Shown in pieces: positions 51,401-64,000 of a stretch of DNA of 64,000 bases. A program made the position numbers and the translations under genes. The notes beneath the pieces were generated by a model, which did not search any database, was not told the origin of the DNA, and saw nothing but the letters and a program-made list of their open reading frames with translations. The DNA is from Girardia tigrina. Lineage: Eukaryota. Numbering within the stretch: the first letter of the stretch is position 1; every line of letters starts with the position of its first letter. The stretch covers positions 1 through 64,000 of the forward strand of contig MQRK01243259.1 in NCBI GenBank assembly GCA_001938485.1, in the 5' to 3' direction.

Positions 51401-53344
51401 CAATTCCTCAAATTATTCTTGCATATTAGATATGAGGAGGTAATTAATTTTTGGTACGCTGATCAAAATTTAAATAGTTTTAAAAAAGATAATTTTGATT
51501 TAAAATCAAATTGAAAATTTAAGGTGTTTACTATTGCAGAAATAAATTAAATTAATGCAAATACATCTATAAATTAATGCAAAATTTTGAAAGAATTTTG
51601 TTAATCTTCATATCTCTAAAGTGCGCTTGTCAACCTTTATAGTATCATGACCCTTTTAATACAATTTCCATTGTTGTAACGACACTCAAACTAAAAATTA
51701 TTTTGTCAATAGGCCTGAAGTAACTTTACTATTGCTACTCAATACTGTTAGCAATCGTAATGTAAATATAAAAAATGTAAAAATAAAAAATGTAAAAATA
51801 AAAAAAATAAAAAAACAAATAAAAATCTGATATGCGAAAAAGATTACAATAACATGCTAAACAGTTGACACATTTGAATACAAACAAAAACATATTTCTT
51901 TAATGGTCTTGGGCGAGCCCTGGTAAATCGTCATTCGACCTTCGACGGGGTTGCAATCCACAGGTTTAGAGCTGCTGGTCTAGATGGACAGGCTAAATTC
52001 AAATTTCTAGATATGGACATTCACGAAAAATATAGGGATATAACATAATTAAAAATGTAAAAACAAATTTAGTAATATTATTTTTAATAATTATTATTAC
52101 TTTTATAAATACTATTATTATTTTGACTTTTGAAAAAAAGTATCCTTATTATTGCCATAATATTATTATTACTTTATTGCTGGTATTATTTTCATTATTA
52201 TAGCTATTATTAATATTACTATCTTCAATTATTTAAAATTAATATCATTTTATAATTAATTATTATTATAATTATTTTTATCATTAATATAAATTATTAT
52301 AATTATTATATTTCCCTTTAGTCGAATTTTTCCTTCTTCCTCAGGGACCCATTCATTGTGGAGGTGCTCCTGTTTTGGAGGGTAAAGGTCGTCATGCACG
52401 TTAATATTATTTTATTACTATTATTATTGTCAAAAAAAATAAAAATTATTTTACTATTATTTTTATATTTTATTTTTGTTATTAGTATTATTATCATTTA
52501 TTATTAATTATTTATATAATTCAATTATTCATTATGAGGGGTTAATTTTAAATTTTTATCTCGCCTGAATAGTTTATTATTTTTTTAATTTAAAGGGTAA
52601 AATATTTTTATGTTAATTTGCTTATTAAATATTTTAAAAAATTAAAAATTATATAATAAAATAAAATCATAAAATCGAAGAATTCAGATAGTTGGAAGAA
52701 CCTTCTGAACTCAAAGACGAATTTCTGGTCGACATTATTAAACTCAAGAGAGTTAAAAGGTCAATTTTATCAAATACCCAACACCCATATATGGAGGATA
52801 TATAGAGGACAAAATCAAACAGAATTCGGATGATAACAAAAATGAAACGATAATTAAAAGGCATATAGACTGAAACAACAAAGACCCTTCTATTGAAAAT
52901 AAGAAAGTAGTGTATCATCAATGTTTATTTACCACATTTACAGAGGATATAAAGCAGAAACGTACATACATCTACACTAAGTTTCTGAGAATACATCGGT
53001 AGGAAATTTTATAAGAGCAACAAATGACTGCTGACTAGCTTTGGGTTCCCTGGAAGAACAATACAAGTATTATTCTTGGAATTATAAAAAAAACAAATAA
53101 AAATTTTTTTAGTCTCTTCACATGTATTATTACCAAATAATTTTTTACTTCAGTCAAAATTTGGAGTAAAATTTCGTATCAATCGATAGAGATGCATTAT
53201 TATATAAAATGTTTATATAAAAATTATGTTTAAGGAAATTTTAAAAAAATTTTGTTTAATAAAATTCGAAAATAATAAAAAAAATTTAGCAAAAATTCAT
53301 TAAAAATTAATACATAATATTTTATTCCTTTTTATTGATTTTCA

Positions 53345-54080
53345 ATTCTTCTTCTTTTCTTTTTAACCTTAGCCGTTTGGGCATGGGTGAACCCAATTAT
53401 AAACAAGCCTTTGCCTTATCTCTATTTGTAACTTCTTTTCTCAGACATTATATACTCAATCCACTCCATTCTTTTTAATCGTCTATAAATTGTCTCTTTA
53501 GTCTTCCTCTTGGTCTTTCTCCTTCCACTCTTCCCTCAATCATAACCTTTGCTAGTGCTTGTTTTCTTATTTGATTTTCGTAGAATTTCAGCTTCCTTCT
53601 CTTGAAGGTCTCTTCGATTGATTCCGGTGATTTACCTAGTATTTCTGTCACTCTCCTCCAGAAAAAGTCGTTTGTCTTCTTTTCTTTCCACATGATCTTC
53701 AGCATTCTCCTGTAGCACTTCATTTCAAACGCTTTAAGTCTATCCATACTCTTCTGATTTATTGTCCAACTCTCGCATCCATAGAGGAGTGTTATTGATC
53801 TTTATTTTGCTCTGAGATGGATTTCTTTGAGGTTAAACACTGTGCTATGCTTGTTCCAATACCAATCCGGCTTCTGATTTCTTCTTCGCTTCCCCTATTC
53901 TATGGGATAGTAGAGCCTAAGTATTTGAAACTCTTAACTTGTTCCAGTTTCTCCCCTTTAATGTCGATCTCCAGTTTAATCTCGTTGTTATGGTTTCCTG
54001 AAACCATTACTTTGCTTTTTTGTCTGCTGATTTCCATTCCGAATTTCTTTGACGCTTTGTTTAATATATTCAATAAATCT
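53345..54080 (-). mobile_element. RTE-clade LINE 3' fragment
   Basis: FKYLGS, LLYGCESWT, RLKAFEMKCYRRMLKI.W and IEGRVEGERPRGR motifs, with a (GAA)n-like tail. Confidence 0.85.
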
Positions 54081-56594
54081 TTGTTAAAATAAAGTGTTTT
54101 TATTCATTCTTTTTATTATCTTACTTTCTATATTTTTGAAAGCTTTTTAGTCAATCAATTTTCTTTAAACTTTGCACACTTACTCATTTTTCATGAAAAT
54201 AAATGATTATGTGAAAATTTAATTAAAAAAAACTTTTTAAGGTCCTAAAATGGGAAAAAACGGAAAATTCGGAATTCCAGAACAATATTAATTGAAAAAG
54301 ATCTACTTATAAATTCTAAGTAATTTATATTAATTTTTTATTGTGTTTTTATTTAAATTACTTTTTATTTAATTAAATTTGTTGGCCAAGTAAAGAATGA
54401 ATATAAAAATTTAATTTTTTGATTAACAAGTTAATTATTTGTCGTATAACGTGTCTTCAATTCATTTAAAATCATTATTATTATAATCAATCTCTATGGA
54501 TTGACAAAAAATTTTACTCAACATTCGGATTTACATAATTATAGTTTGTTTCATAAGATGTTAGTAGTTGGTTTTGATGCCTTCCTTTTATTCTAAACTT
54601 TCAATTGTTGCAGAAATTTATAATTTATATAGTATTATATATACATAACCCAAACAGCTTTCTTGGCTCTATTATTTTAAAAGACACAAACTCTCTAAAC
54701 TATTGAATCCAAATTTCTACAAATCTGAAACCTAAACGTTTATTGTCCAAATTTACATATCACGCTAAGTCTATTGGTCTCGCTGAAATACTTTTTTTTA
54801 CTAAAACATAATTTCTTTTGACATCTTAAAATATGTATAAAGTATCTTATAATCGACTTTGCGTGTTATTAATTTACCGATTAGATAGGGAAAAAGATAT
54901 CAGAAACTCGAAATAACAAAATTTTTATTTAGGAAATAGGGGAAAATAATAAGGGACCGAAAATTATTTTTAACTTAACATTTTTTATAAAGAAAATCTT
55001 AAAAAAAATTAAAGTTAATTTAATAATTTTAATTTAAAATGAGTAGAAAAATATGAAATATTTATTAACCATGAATCCAAATTCTTTTTTCTATCTCAGT
55101 TAAACCGTTTTTTTTATTTAAATAAATTTTAAAATAAATTATATATTTTCATTATTATATTTAGAATTTCCCATGCAAATGAATATTAATGACACAGTCA
55201 ATAGTTTTAAAAACAAAAGTGTTTTAGGTTAGCTTATATTGATATCTATTATATTATATTTTAGAGAGAAATAATTTTTTATTATATTCATCAACTGACC
55301 CTAAATGCATCAAAAGATCATTGAACATATAATTTGAAAAGATTTTATTTCCTATGATCCTTCTGCTTTTGATATATACAGAAATAAAGATTTTATTTAT
55401 ATTTTATAATATTTGTATATTGTATATTTATTTATAATAATTTCAAAAAATATTATAAAAATTAATTTTTTTTCCTTTAAAAAATAATTTGAAATTTCTT
55501 CTTTTTTTAATTGTTTTGTTTTGTAAAATTCAAAGTTAATTTAATTAAAAATTAGCAAAAAAATAATTGTTTTAAATTAATAAAGAAATTTGAAAAAAAA
55601 TTTTTTAATTACATCGCTAAATTGATAAAAACAAAAAAATTATTTTTCTTAGACTGTCACAACCCAATTAATTAATGTCGCACTCAGCTATACGAAAAGA
55701 TTTTTGAACATCATTTTTAAAAAGAAGAATGAATAAAACTAAATATTTTTAATTAATTTAATCATAATCACTTTTTATATGTAAAGCTGGGCCAAAAGTC
55801 ACGCACCATAGCATTTATAACAATTTTGATAATAATAAACGTTATTTTATAAAAACAAAGCTCAAATATTTGAGGTGCTGGGCCCCAGACCGAGCAATGG
55901 TGAACGGCATCTCTTTATCGCGCGAAAATTTGCTGGGCGATGAAGTCGAAAGATCAGTTGAGTAGGCCCCATGAACGTTTGGGCTCGATTGGCCAAAGGT
56001 CGGCGCATAGATAAAGTTCGAATTCTTGTCCCATCTCTCATATTCTATTGCATATTCTATTGCCGCTGGACAGGGAAGTTAGGGTGACCGGCTCGTCGGC
56101 CGGTGACCCGAATGTACAGCCAGTAGGAACGCCTAGATCTGTGGAGGTGTGCTGTAACATCCCGCATAAAAAATAATAGGTAAAAGCAGACATGAACAGA
56201 AGTCGATTGAGCAATCATTTATTTTAAATTCACGTTCAACAATTATATATTTCAAATTTTTATATGATGATTATAAAATGTAATATGCCTTTAATTAATA
56301 CTTTATTTTAACAAACGAACAGAAGGAACTAATAGAGTTAATAAAATGTTTGCTGAAGACTTAGGATAACGTTAAATGAGTTTAAGATGTGAAACTAAGG
56401 GATGAAATCGTTATGAATAGGAAATATTTTGCTTTTTTGCATGTATTGCGAAAAACGTTTTAGTCTTAAAATAACTCTAAGTTTTTAAACTGAAATACTG
56501 ATTTTTAATTAATTATTTATAACTTGCAAATGATGTATTGAAGAACAGTGGCATAGCCAGGAATTTCAAAAGGGGAAATTTGAACAACGAAAAT

Positions 56595-56700
56595 CAAAGA
56601 ACGGCCATATTTGGTACGCTGACTTCACCGAGGGCGACTTTACCACGGACGTCTTTACCACGGGTGACTTTACAGTGGGCGACTTTACCGCGGAAAATTT
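56595..56700 (+). repeat. 15-bp tandem repeat (gcgactttaccgcgg-like), DNA-transposon subterminal type
   Basis: About five degenerate units, downstream of a hAT-like end cagtggcatagccagg at about 56566. Confidence 0.55.
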
Positions 56701-56955
56701 ACAACAAAATTGTCAATAAGTGAACAATATCATCTAAAATATGAATAAAAATTTTTTGTTATGATAAAACAATGAATCATACACGGGTTTAATTTTAAAA
56801 CATAAATGGAGAGAAAATTTCAGATCGACATGACATTTAATTATTCTTTTTAATATAATGTGAAAACTGGAATTAAATAAAACAATTAACAGATAGACAA
56901 ACTGTATTTTGAATTATTCAGAAAACTGGCGAATTAACAATTTAAACAAAAATAA

Positions 56956-58250
56956 TTAAATCACACTCTCCCTCGCCTTCAAGGCACAAACACAGACGCT
57001 GTCCGTGCAGTGCAAGGTTCCACTTTTCTTTATTGCCTTCACCCCTGCGCAAACGTAGTCCTCGAAATTTGCTGGTCGGACAACTGTTCGTTGCGGCCTC
57101 GGTTTGATCATCTCGTCAGCCGGGAGCTGGTCGCTCTCACAGTCGTCCCTTGCTCGGTCCCACGGCTGTTCGTCTTCATTGTCTGAACTGTCACTGAGAT
57201 AACCCGTGTTCGTCATTGAAGGGGCAATTTGCAGCTCTGAAAGTTTCTCCGCTCGCTCTATCGTCCCGCCCAGGGGCACACGCCTGACGTGTGACATGTG
57301 GTATGGAATGCCGTCGATCTCTACTTGATTAGGTTGGCCAATCCTGCTCACTACTGAACGTCTCCACTGAGTCGTGCATGACGCGTTCACCGGTTTCACG
57401 AATACTTCATCTCCCACTCGTATTCCTCCCGTTTTCACGACTTTGTCGTCATTTTGGGGCCGTACGGCATAGTCAATCGGTAGCGGCAGTCGCCGGCGTT
57501 GTGCAAATACAGTGGACGCCGGTATCACGCCCGTCGAATTTGGAGTTGCATTGTACCACGCAACCTTGTCGTGGATTGGCTTCTTGCTCCGCACCGCCAT
57601 GCGCTTGATGGTCCGATGACAGCGTTCAACGACTCCATTCCACTGGGTCGGTTTGCGCACCGAAATCGCGATTCGATTCCAATTTCTGACAGCAGTTTCT
57701 GAATTACCGCTCCTCGATGTGTCGTGAAATTATCCAATAGAAGCTCTTGTGGTGGCCCAAACTCGTTGAACACCGCTCTTAGAGCCGTACAAAGATCTCC
57801 GTCGCTTTCTGATGCAATTTTTCTCCAAATCGCGAACCGCCCTGTCCCGCAGTCGATTAGCGTCATGTATTTCTCCTCTGAGGTGTGTGTCACGTCCATG
57901 GCAAGCCGCTGCCATATCTTTTTTACGTCAAGCTCACCCCTCTCCCACCTGACCGGTGCTGAATCGATTGATGCGCACTGATGGTATTCTTTTACCACTT
58001 CTCGCAGTTGCTTTTCGGTCACGCACCCTGGGCCCCACAGTTTCCTCGCCAGGAATGACATTCGTTTCACCCCAAAATGGTGGATTTCGTGAAGCGTTTT
58101 TAGACCGTCTATTGGCTCCTGTTCTTCATCGACCGTCACTGCATCCACGTCCATTTTTTCTTTTACTGCGGTAAGCGATTCGCTGGGAACTCGAGTCAGA
58201 CGGTCTGCCTGAATTTCTGCTGAGCCAATTGATTCAGTTTGATTCAACAT
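56956..58250 (-). mobile_element. Gypsy integrase region, frameshifted
   Basis: H..HHFGVKR, WQRLAMDVTH, LIDCGTGRFAIW, ELLLDN, NGVVERCHRTIKRM, YNATP. Confidence 0.85.
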
Positions 58251-59809
58251 TAGCAGTTTGATTCGTAATTCTCTGCAGGTGAAACTGCCTTTCCAGGATT
58301 CTTAACCAACCTTGTGGTGTTCCATCTTTGTCCAAAAATTTTGGAGGCGGTTAGCGCGGCAATGAAATAGCGTTGATATCTTGCCCTTGTGTCGGGGTGT
58401 CATTCACCCCCCGGTAAAATGTCCTTGACAGTTATTTGTGCCCGTCTGGGGAGGATGTACTCGATCCATGTGAACTGGGGAGTCGGCGACCGTGAGTATG
58501 TGATAAAAGTGTTATCACTTCGTTGATTCGTGAAGTGGGTGTAATTTGTAAGTGATATTCTCCAGATGAACTATATAATGTGATGGTTATGTGATTATTA
58601 AAAATTTGTGGCCATCATGTTGTGTTGAATGTGTGTGTGAATGATGTTATGCTAGTGTTTACAATCCTTAAGCCCCAACAAAAAACAAAAACACTCGGTT
58701 ACAAATAAAAATTTGATTTTTTGATGAAAACTATTAAAATAATTATTGAAAACGTTATTAAAATTCGAATTAATTACGTAATGTTTATAAAATGTATTGA
58801 AATCATAAATCCCAAAAGGTTTATTATTCGACAATGAGATATCAGAATCTATCAGACCTACCTGAATTTCCACTGTGGCGATGTCTGTCACGCGTACCGC
58901 GTTTACTGTCTTCGCTCGGTAACCCGTGAGTTAATGAGAAGGGGTGTGGCTTCTGAACAGCGAGGAACGATTGAATTGGAATGGATCTCGAAAACGGATG
59001 GTTCGCTCGTCCGCGGATCTCGTTGGTGTTGCAGCGGTGTCCGAGGCGGACCGGAGAATGATAATTGCAGGCAGTAATTGCAAGATTGCTCAAACGATAT
59101 GTTATAGGAAAATACAACTTCCGTGAAAATTTGAGCTCCAAAGCATCATGGGAAGTTGGTTAAATTTGTAAAATGAGGCTGGAAACGAAAGCAAGTATAT
59201 AGAAAGAAGGGAATGAGTCCAATACATAAACTGAAATTTTGTTCGAATAATTGTTTTAAACGATTCATTATCAAAAATTTAATCAAATTGTCTAGATGTT
59301 GAATTACGAAAGTTATACTGAGAATTGTCAAAAGACAATTCAAACAGACATAAAAATAAAAGTGTGGAAAATCATATTGATTTTCTTAATAAGAAGCATT
59401 GGGTGAACGAAATGCAAATAGAGATCGCTTTATATTAATCACAAAATTAAACTTTTATTTATCAGTAATCCTTAATATATTTATAATAAAATATTTATAA
59501 AATAATGTTTCATGTGAACTAACATTTACTGAGAACTTGTGAATAGAATGTGTTTTAAAAATTTCTTTTTAATTTTACTGAAAGTGTACAAATACACAAT
59601 TTAATAAATTCTTCTTAATTAATTGTTCTTCAATTTTTACTCTCATTAAAAAACTGTGAAAAATATTTTCTTAAAAACTTTCTCAATGTTTTTCTAAATA
59701 AATAATTTAATACAAAATTTTTAATTTAAAAGAACTAATTTATTTTAAAAATATTTTATAATTAAAAATGATTTATTTAAGTTTAGATTTTTGTAATATT
59801 ATCTTTATA

Positions 59810-60221
59810 TTAGGTTGAGTAATAAGTTCCCGCCGTTTTTTGAATTTTTAATCAATTTAATATATAAATCAAATTTTTTGATGTTTTATTTGAAAGCTAT
59901 TGTTTTGCTCTAAAAAATGGTATATTTTGTTTTTTTATTCAGATTAATTTTTGTCGATTTTTAAATCATTGAAATGGAGTGTCAATTCGACAAAAATGAG
60001 CATTTCCGACACCATCTATTGTTTGCGTATAATCGAGGCGTCAAAGCCGCAGACGCTGCCAGAGAGCTTTGTGCTATGTACGGAGAAGGTGCTATATCTG
60101 ATAGAACCGCTCGGGATAGAACCGCGGAGATTATATTTGTGATTAATTTGTAGTAACTTTTTTGTTATAAAATAAAATTTTAATTTTTCAAAAAACGGCG
60201 GGAACTTATTCCGCAACCGAA
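59810..60221 (+). mobile_element. Internally deleted mariner
   Basis: TIRs ttaggttgagtaataagttcccgccgtttt / aaaacggcgggaacttattccgcaaccgaa with TA flanks. N-terminal HTH coding remnant (EHFRHHLLFAYNRGVKAADAARELCAMYG). Confidence 0.85.
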
Positions 60222-60783
60222 TATTTTTGTCTATTGATTATTGGAAAATAGAAAATTGTATAACTATAAAATTAATAATTAATTTTTGTTTTCTTTTAAT
60301 AAATTTAATAGTTCAAATAATAAGTAATTGGATCTGGATGTTTGAGAGGAATGTCTGTGCTTATTATCAAAAATATTTTCCAATTATTATTTTTTTAAAA
60401 ATTATTCTAGTTTCTGATATCATAAAAATAATAAATGTCATATGTAAATCTTAATAATTAATGAGTTAAAAAATATAATTATTATATTCTTGAAATGTTA
60501 GGTTTTGATTTAAAAGAATGAAACTCTGACATCGAAAACTAATCAAAATTAATCGACTGAAGAAAATACCTATCAAAAATGACAGGAAAAATATTTTAAT
60601 AATTTTATAAAATTATATTTATTACCAAAATCAATTAATATAAATTAAGAAATTTTAAATACTTAATGTTTGCTGATTTCTTATTTAAGTATTAAGATAA
60701 TAATAATAATAATTATTATTACTATTAATAATAATATAATTTTTATTATTATTAATAATAATATATTATGCTCCTCTTAACTA

Positions 60784-61915
60784 TTGGGTTGGCCAAAAAG
60801 TCATTGTGTTTTTGAGTACGTCTTAATAAAAAGCTTGAAAATGTAAAACGATGTGATAAAATTTAAATTCAATTATATATTCTGAAACCTTAGTTTTCAG
60901 AATATGTTTATACAAAATATTAATTGATTTTGTTTTAATTTATTACTTTACCGTCAATTCGAAATGGAAAATCAAAATGAGCATATTCGTCATGTTTTGT
61001 TGCATTATTTTCGCAAAGGGAAAACCGTCGCGCAAGCTCATAAGAAGATATGTTTTGCATATTGTAGTGTCTCCTTAAAACTTCGACATTGTCAATGAAA
61101 AATTTCATCTGAAAGATGCACCACGCTCAGGTCGACCAGTTTAGGTTGATGGCGACAAAATAACAGCACTGGTCAAATCTAATCCACATATGACGATAAG
61201 AGAAGTTGCAGAGACTCTGGAAATATCAATATCAATTGTTGGAAGTCATTTAAAGAAACTTGGATTCGTCAGTAAACTTGATATGCCGTTACCACATGAA
61301 CTGAAAGAAATTCTTTTGGTGAAACGTATAGACATTTGCGATTCCATTTTGAAGACAGAACAAAGTGATCCATTTTTAGAGCGCTTGATTATGGATGACG
61401 AAAAATGGATTGTTTACAACAATGTGGAACGCTGACGATCATGGACAAAACGTGGTGAGCCTGCAAAAACGATCCCAAAAGCAGAAATTTACCAAAAGAA
61501 GGTTATGCTTTCCGTCTGGTGGGATTTTAAAGGAATTGTGTTTTTTGAACTCCTTCCGAGGAACGAAACCTTGAATTCAGATAGATATTGGGGTCAGCTG
61601 GAGAAATTGGCTCATTCAATTCAACATGAACGTCCTGAATTGGCAAATCGAAAAGGAGTTGTAATTCAGCATGATAACGCAAGACCGCATACAAGTTTGA
61701 ACACTCGCCAGAAACTCTTATCACTAGGTTGGGAGGTTTTGCCGCACCCACCGTATTCTCCAGACTTGGCCCCATCGGATTTTCACTTATTTAGATCACT
61801 GCAGAATTCATTAAACAGAAAAACATTCGCCAGTGATGATGACATCAAATCGTTCCTAGACGGTTTTTTGCTGACAAAGACAAAGGTTTTTATGAATCAG
61901 GAATAATGAACCCAA
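60784..61915 (+). mobile_element. mariner (DD34D) transposon pseudogene
   Basis: ttgggttggccaaaaagt TIR. DEKWIVYNN, MLSVWWD, QHDNARPH and HPPYSPDLAPSDFHLF motifs. Stops present; 3' TIR mostly deleted. Confidence 0.92.
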
Positions 61916-62199
61916 TATATTCTTTACAATACGTACGTCAATTTTGTTTACTAAATCACCTTGATTATGGTTTAGGATGCTTTATCAATAATGTTTTAAC
62001 AACAATCTTTGCATAATTTGTCTTAAGATAATTTAAGATTGTTTTAAAATTTGTATCAATTTTGTCTTTCGTGAAATTTATTAGTATTCATCTAAATCGA
62101 ACTATTTCAGTTACTATATGCTTGTTATTCATCAAAATCACGTTGAGGTTATAAAATATATATTATTAAAAGAAATTATAAATTTTTTATCATAACTCT

Positions 62200-63060
62200 C
62201 CTCATTCTTTGAACCCCTCTAACATTTCAACCGTTCAATGCTTCTTCATTCATCGCTCTTTCACATCATGTGGAAATTTGATTTCTACCTGATGTGGTGA
62301 AATAAACATTTTGATCTTGTATGGGATTTCATATTGAAAATCGTTCTTATTCCTTTTGTTAGGATCCTTCCTGACCAGTACCATCTCCCCTCCTTGAAAT
62401 ATCTTTCGCTTCGGATCGAATTTTTATAGGTTTTCAGTTTTACCGTTGTCAATCCACAAGTTATCCTGGCTTCTGCAATAGTCATTTCTCTCGTTTTAAA
62501 GTGGGAACCAACTGCGAAATGGATGTTCATTTTCCGTCCAAAAAAAATTTCAAAGGGTGATAATTTTGTTGAGTCTTGAGTGGTTGTATTTAAGCTACAT
62601 TTGATTTGTGGCAATATTTATACCAATGTTTCTCTATACACTTCACTTTCAGTGAAGTGACAATCATATATCCAACTATTCGAATCACCCGTACTACCAA
62701 ACACTGAACCAAACTTTGAGACTCATATATGCGTTCTGAAATTGTCTTCTCCTGTCAGTCTGAATACTTGACGACTTTCCAAACATGTAAATCCAATTTT
62801 GCAGAATGCATTTAAATATGGTATGCTCATCCTGATTAGAAATGGCATTTTAAACTCCCCAATTTACTGTATCTATCTATAATGACCACTAGATATCTTT
62901 TGTTGAACTCAACTTTATCCACGCTGGCGATGTCTACCACTATTTGCTCTGGGAAATCGTCACCAATCTGTAACAATAGTGTTTTTTTTCGTACTTGTTT
63001 GATCAATTTTTCTCTTCGCACATACGGCACATTTGTTAATACATTGCCGTATAGTTTCGT
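62200..63060 (-). mobile_element. Gypsy integrase remnant
   Basis: PEQIVVDI, YLVVIIDRYSK and LNTTTQDSTKLSPFEIFFGR motifs. Confidence 0.75.
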
Positions 63061-64000
63061 ATATTAAGTGCCAGTAGAAATTATGCTACATGTATTTAGA
63101 CATCTTTTTAATTCCAAGATGACATAGATCGACATGTATATTTTTAATAAATTTGCATATGTATCTATTAAAAACAAGCTAACTGAAAAATAAAGTGATT
63201 CAATGAACCGCTTTGAATTAATATAAGAATAATAAAGATAACGATTATTTTGCAAAAAGTATATTAACGTCAAAAAATATTACTATTGTTGGGTTCTTGA
63301 TCAAAATTATAACTCATTAACATCAAATTTTATTTCTATCACAAATAGCAATTATGCAAACAATTTTTTTCAAGGAACCTTTCTTTGTTTTCTTTATGAC
63401 CCGATTTTTATATAAAAATATGGAATTATAAATACTGATAAGCTATTTTAAAATTGAAAATTTTTATTCTCTTTATTTTGAAAATTTACATTCCACTATT
63501 TTGCAATTTAATTTAATTTAAAACCAACATAATTTATTGTAGTTATATTTTTACTAAATTAACAAAATGATTTATTATTATTTTAGAATTAGTTTAATGT
63601 TATTTTCTTTTATTTATGAAACGTTTTTTTAATTAATAAAGATTTTAACGTCTCATTTATTATCAATATTTCAGTTTAAATTTTTTTATTACCTAAAATT
63701 ATTTTAAATACAAAAATATACAATTTGTTTTAAACACAATTTAAATACAAAAAATAATTTACAGTATTTTACAGTAATTTACAAATTTTTATTATTATTA
63801 CGATACGTTAATGATAAAAGTCTTAATTATTTTTTTACGAAACTGTTTAGAATTAAGTATTTGTCAAATCTTTAATTTGCAGAATTTCAAACTGACTTTA
63901 AAATTTAAAATTATCTGTTTTTTTATTTACATCTCTGTTAATAAAGTTCATTATTTTATTTTTTAGAATAACTTTTAAAATTTGTACAAACATAATTATC

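Overview
Very AT-rich eukaryotic DNA with several N-gaps. The transposon mix and GPCR type suggest a triclad flatworm such as Schmidtea; this is inference. Only one intact host gene is evident: an intronless rhodopsin-class GPCR (48268-49521, +). Two host-gene remnants are present, an N-terminal beta-tubulin-like fragment and a USP14/Ubp6-like fragment. The rest is a nested graveyard of mobile elements: hAT, MULE, Tc1/mariner, pogo, Helitron, Gypsy, RTE, an RLE-type non-LTR element and Penelope-like elements carrying minimal hammerhead ribozymes. The most notable item is a decayed Polinton/adintovirus-like endogenous virus (about 20985-24560) with major capsid, adenain protease and exonuclease-like genes. 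Its terminal repeat is a 21-bp-phased array of RFX X-box/MYB-like motifs with CCAAT boxes. A second copy of that array lies at about 2700-3650, and a capsid-gene fragment is captured inside a hAT element. A short non-coding module with conserved ends recurs three times at 14-15 kb spacing. All calls come from reading motifs by eye; no database searches were run.
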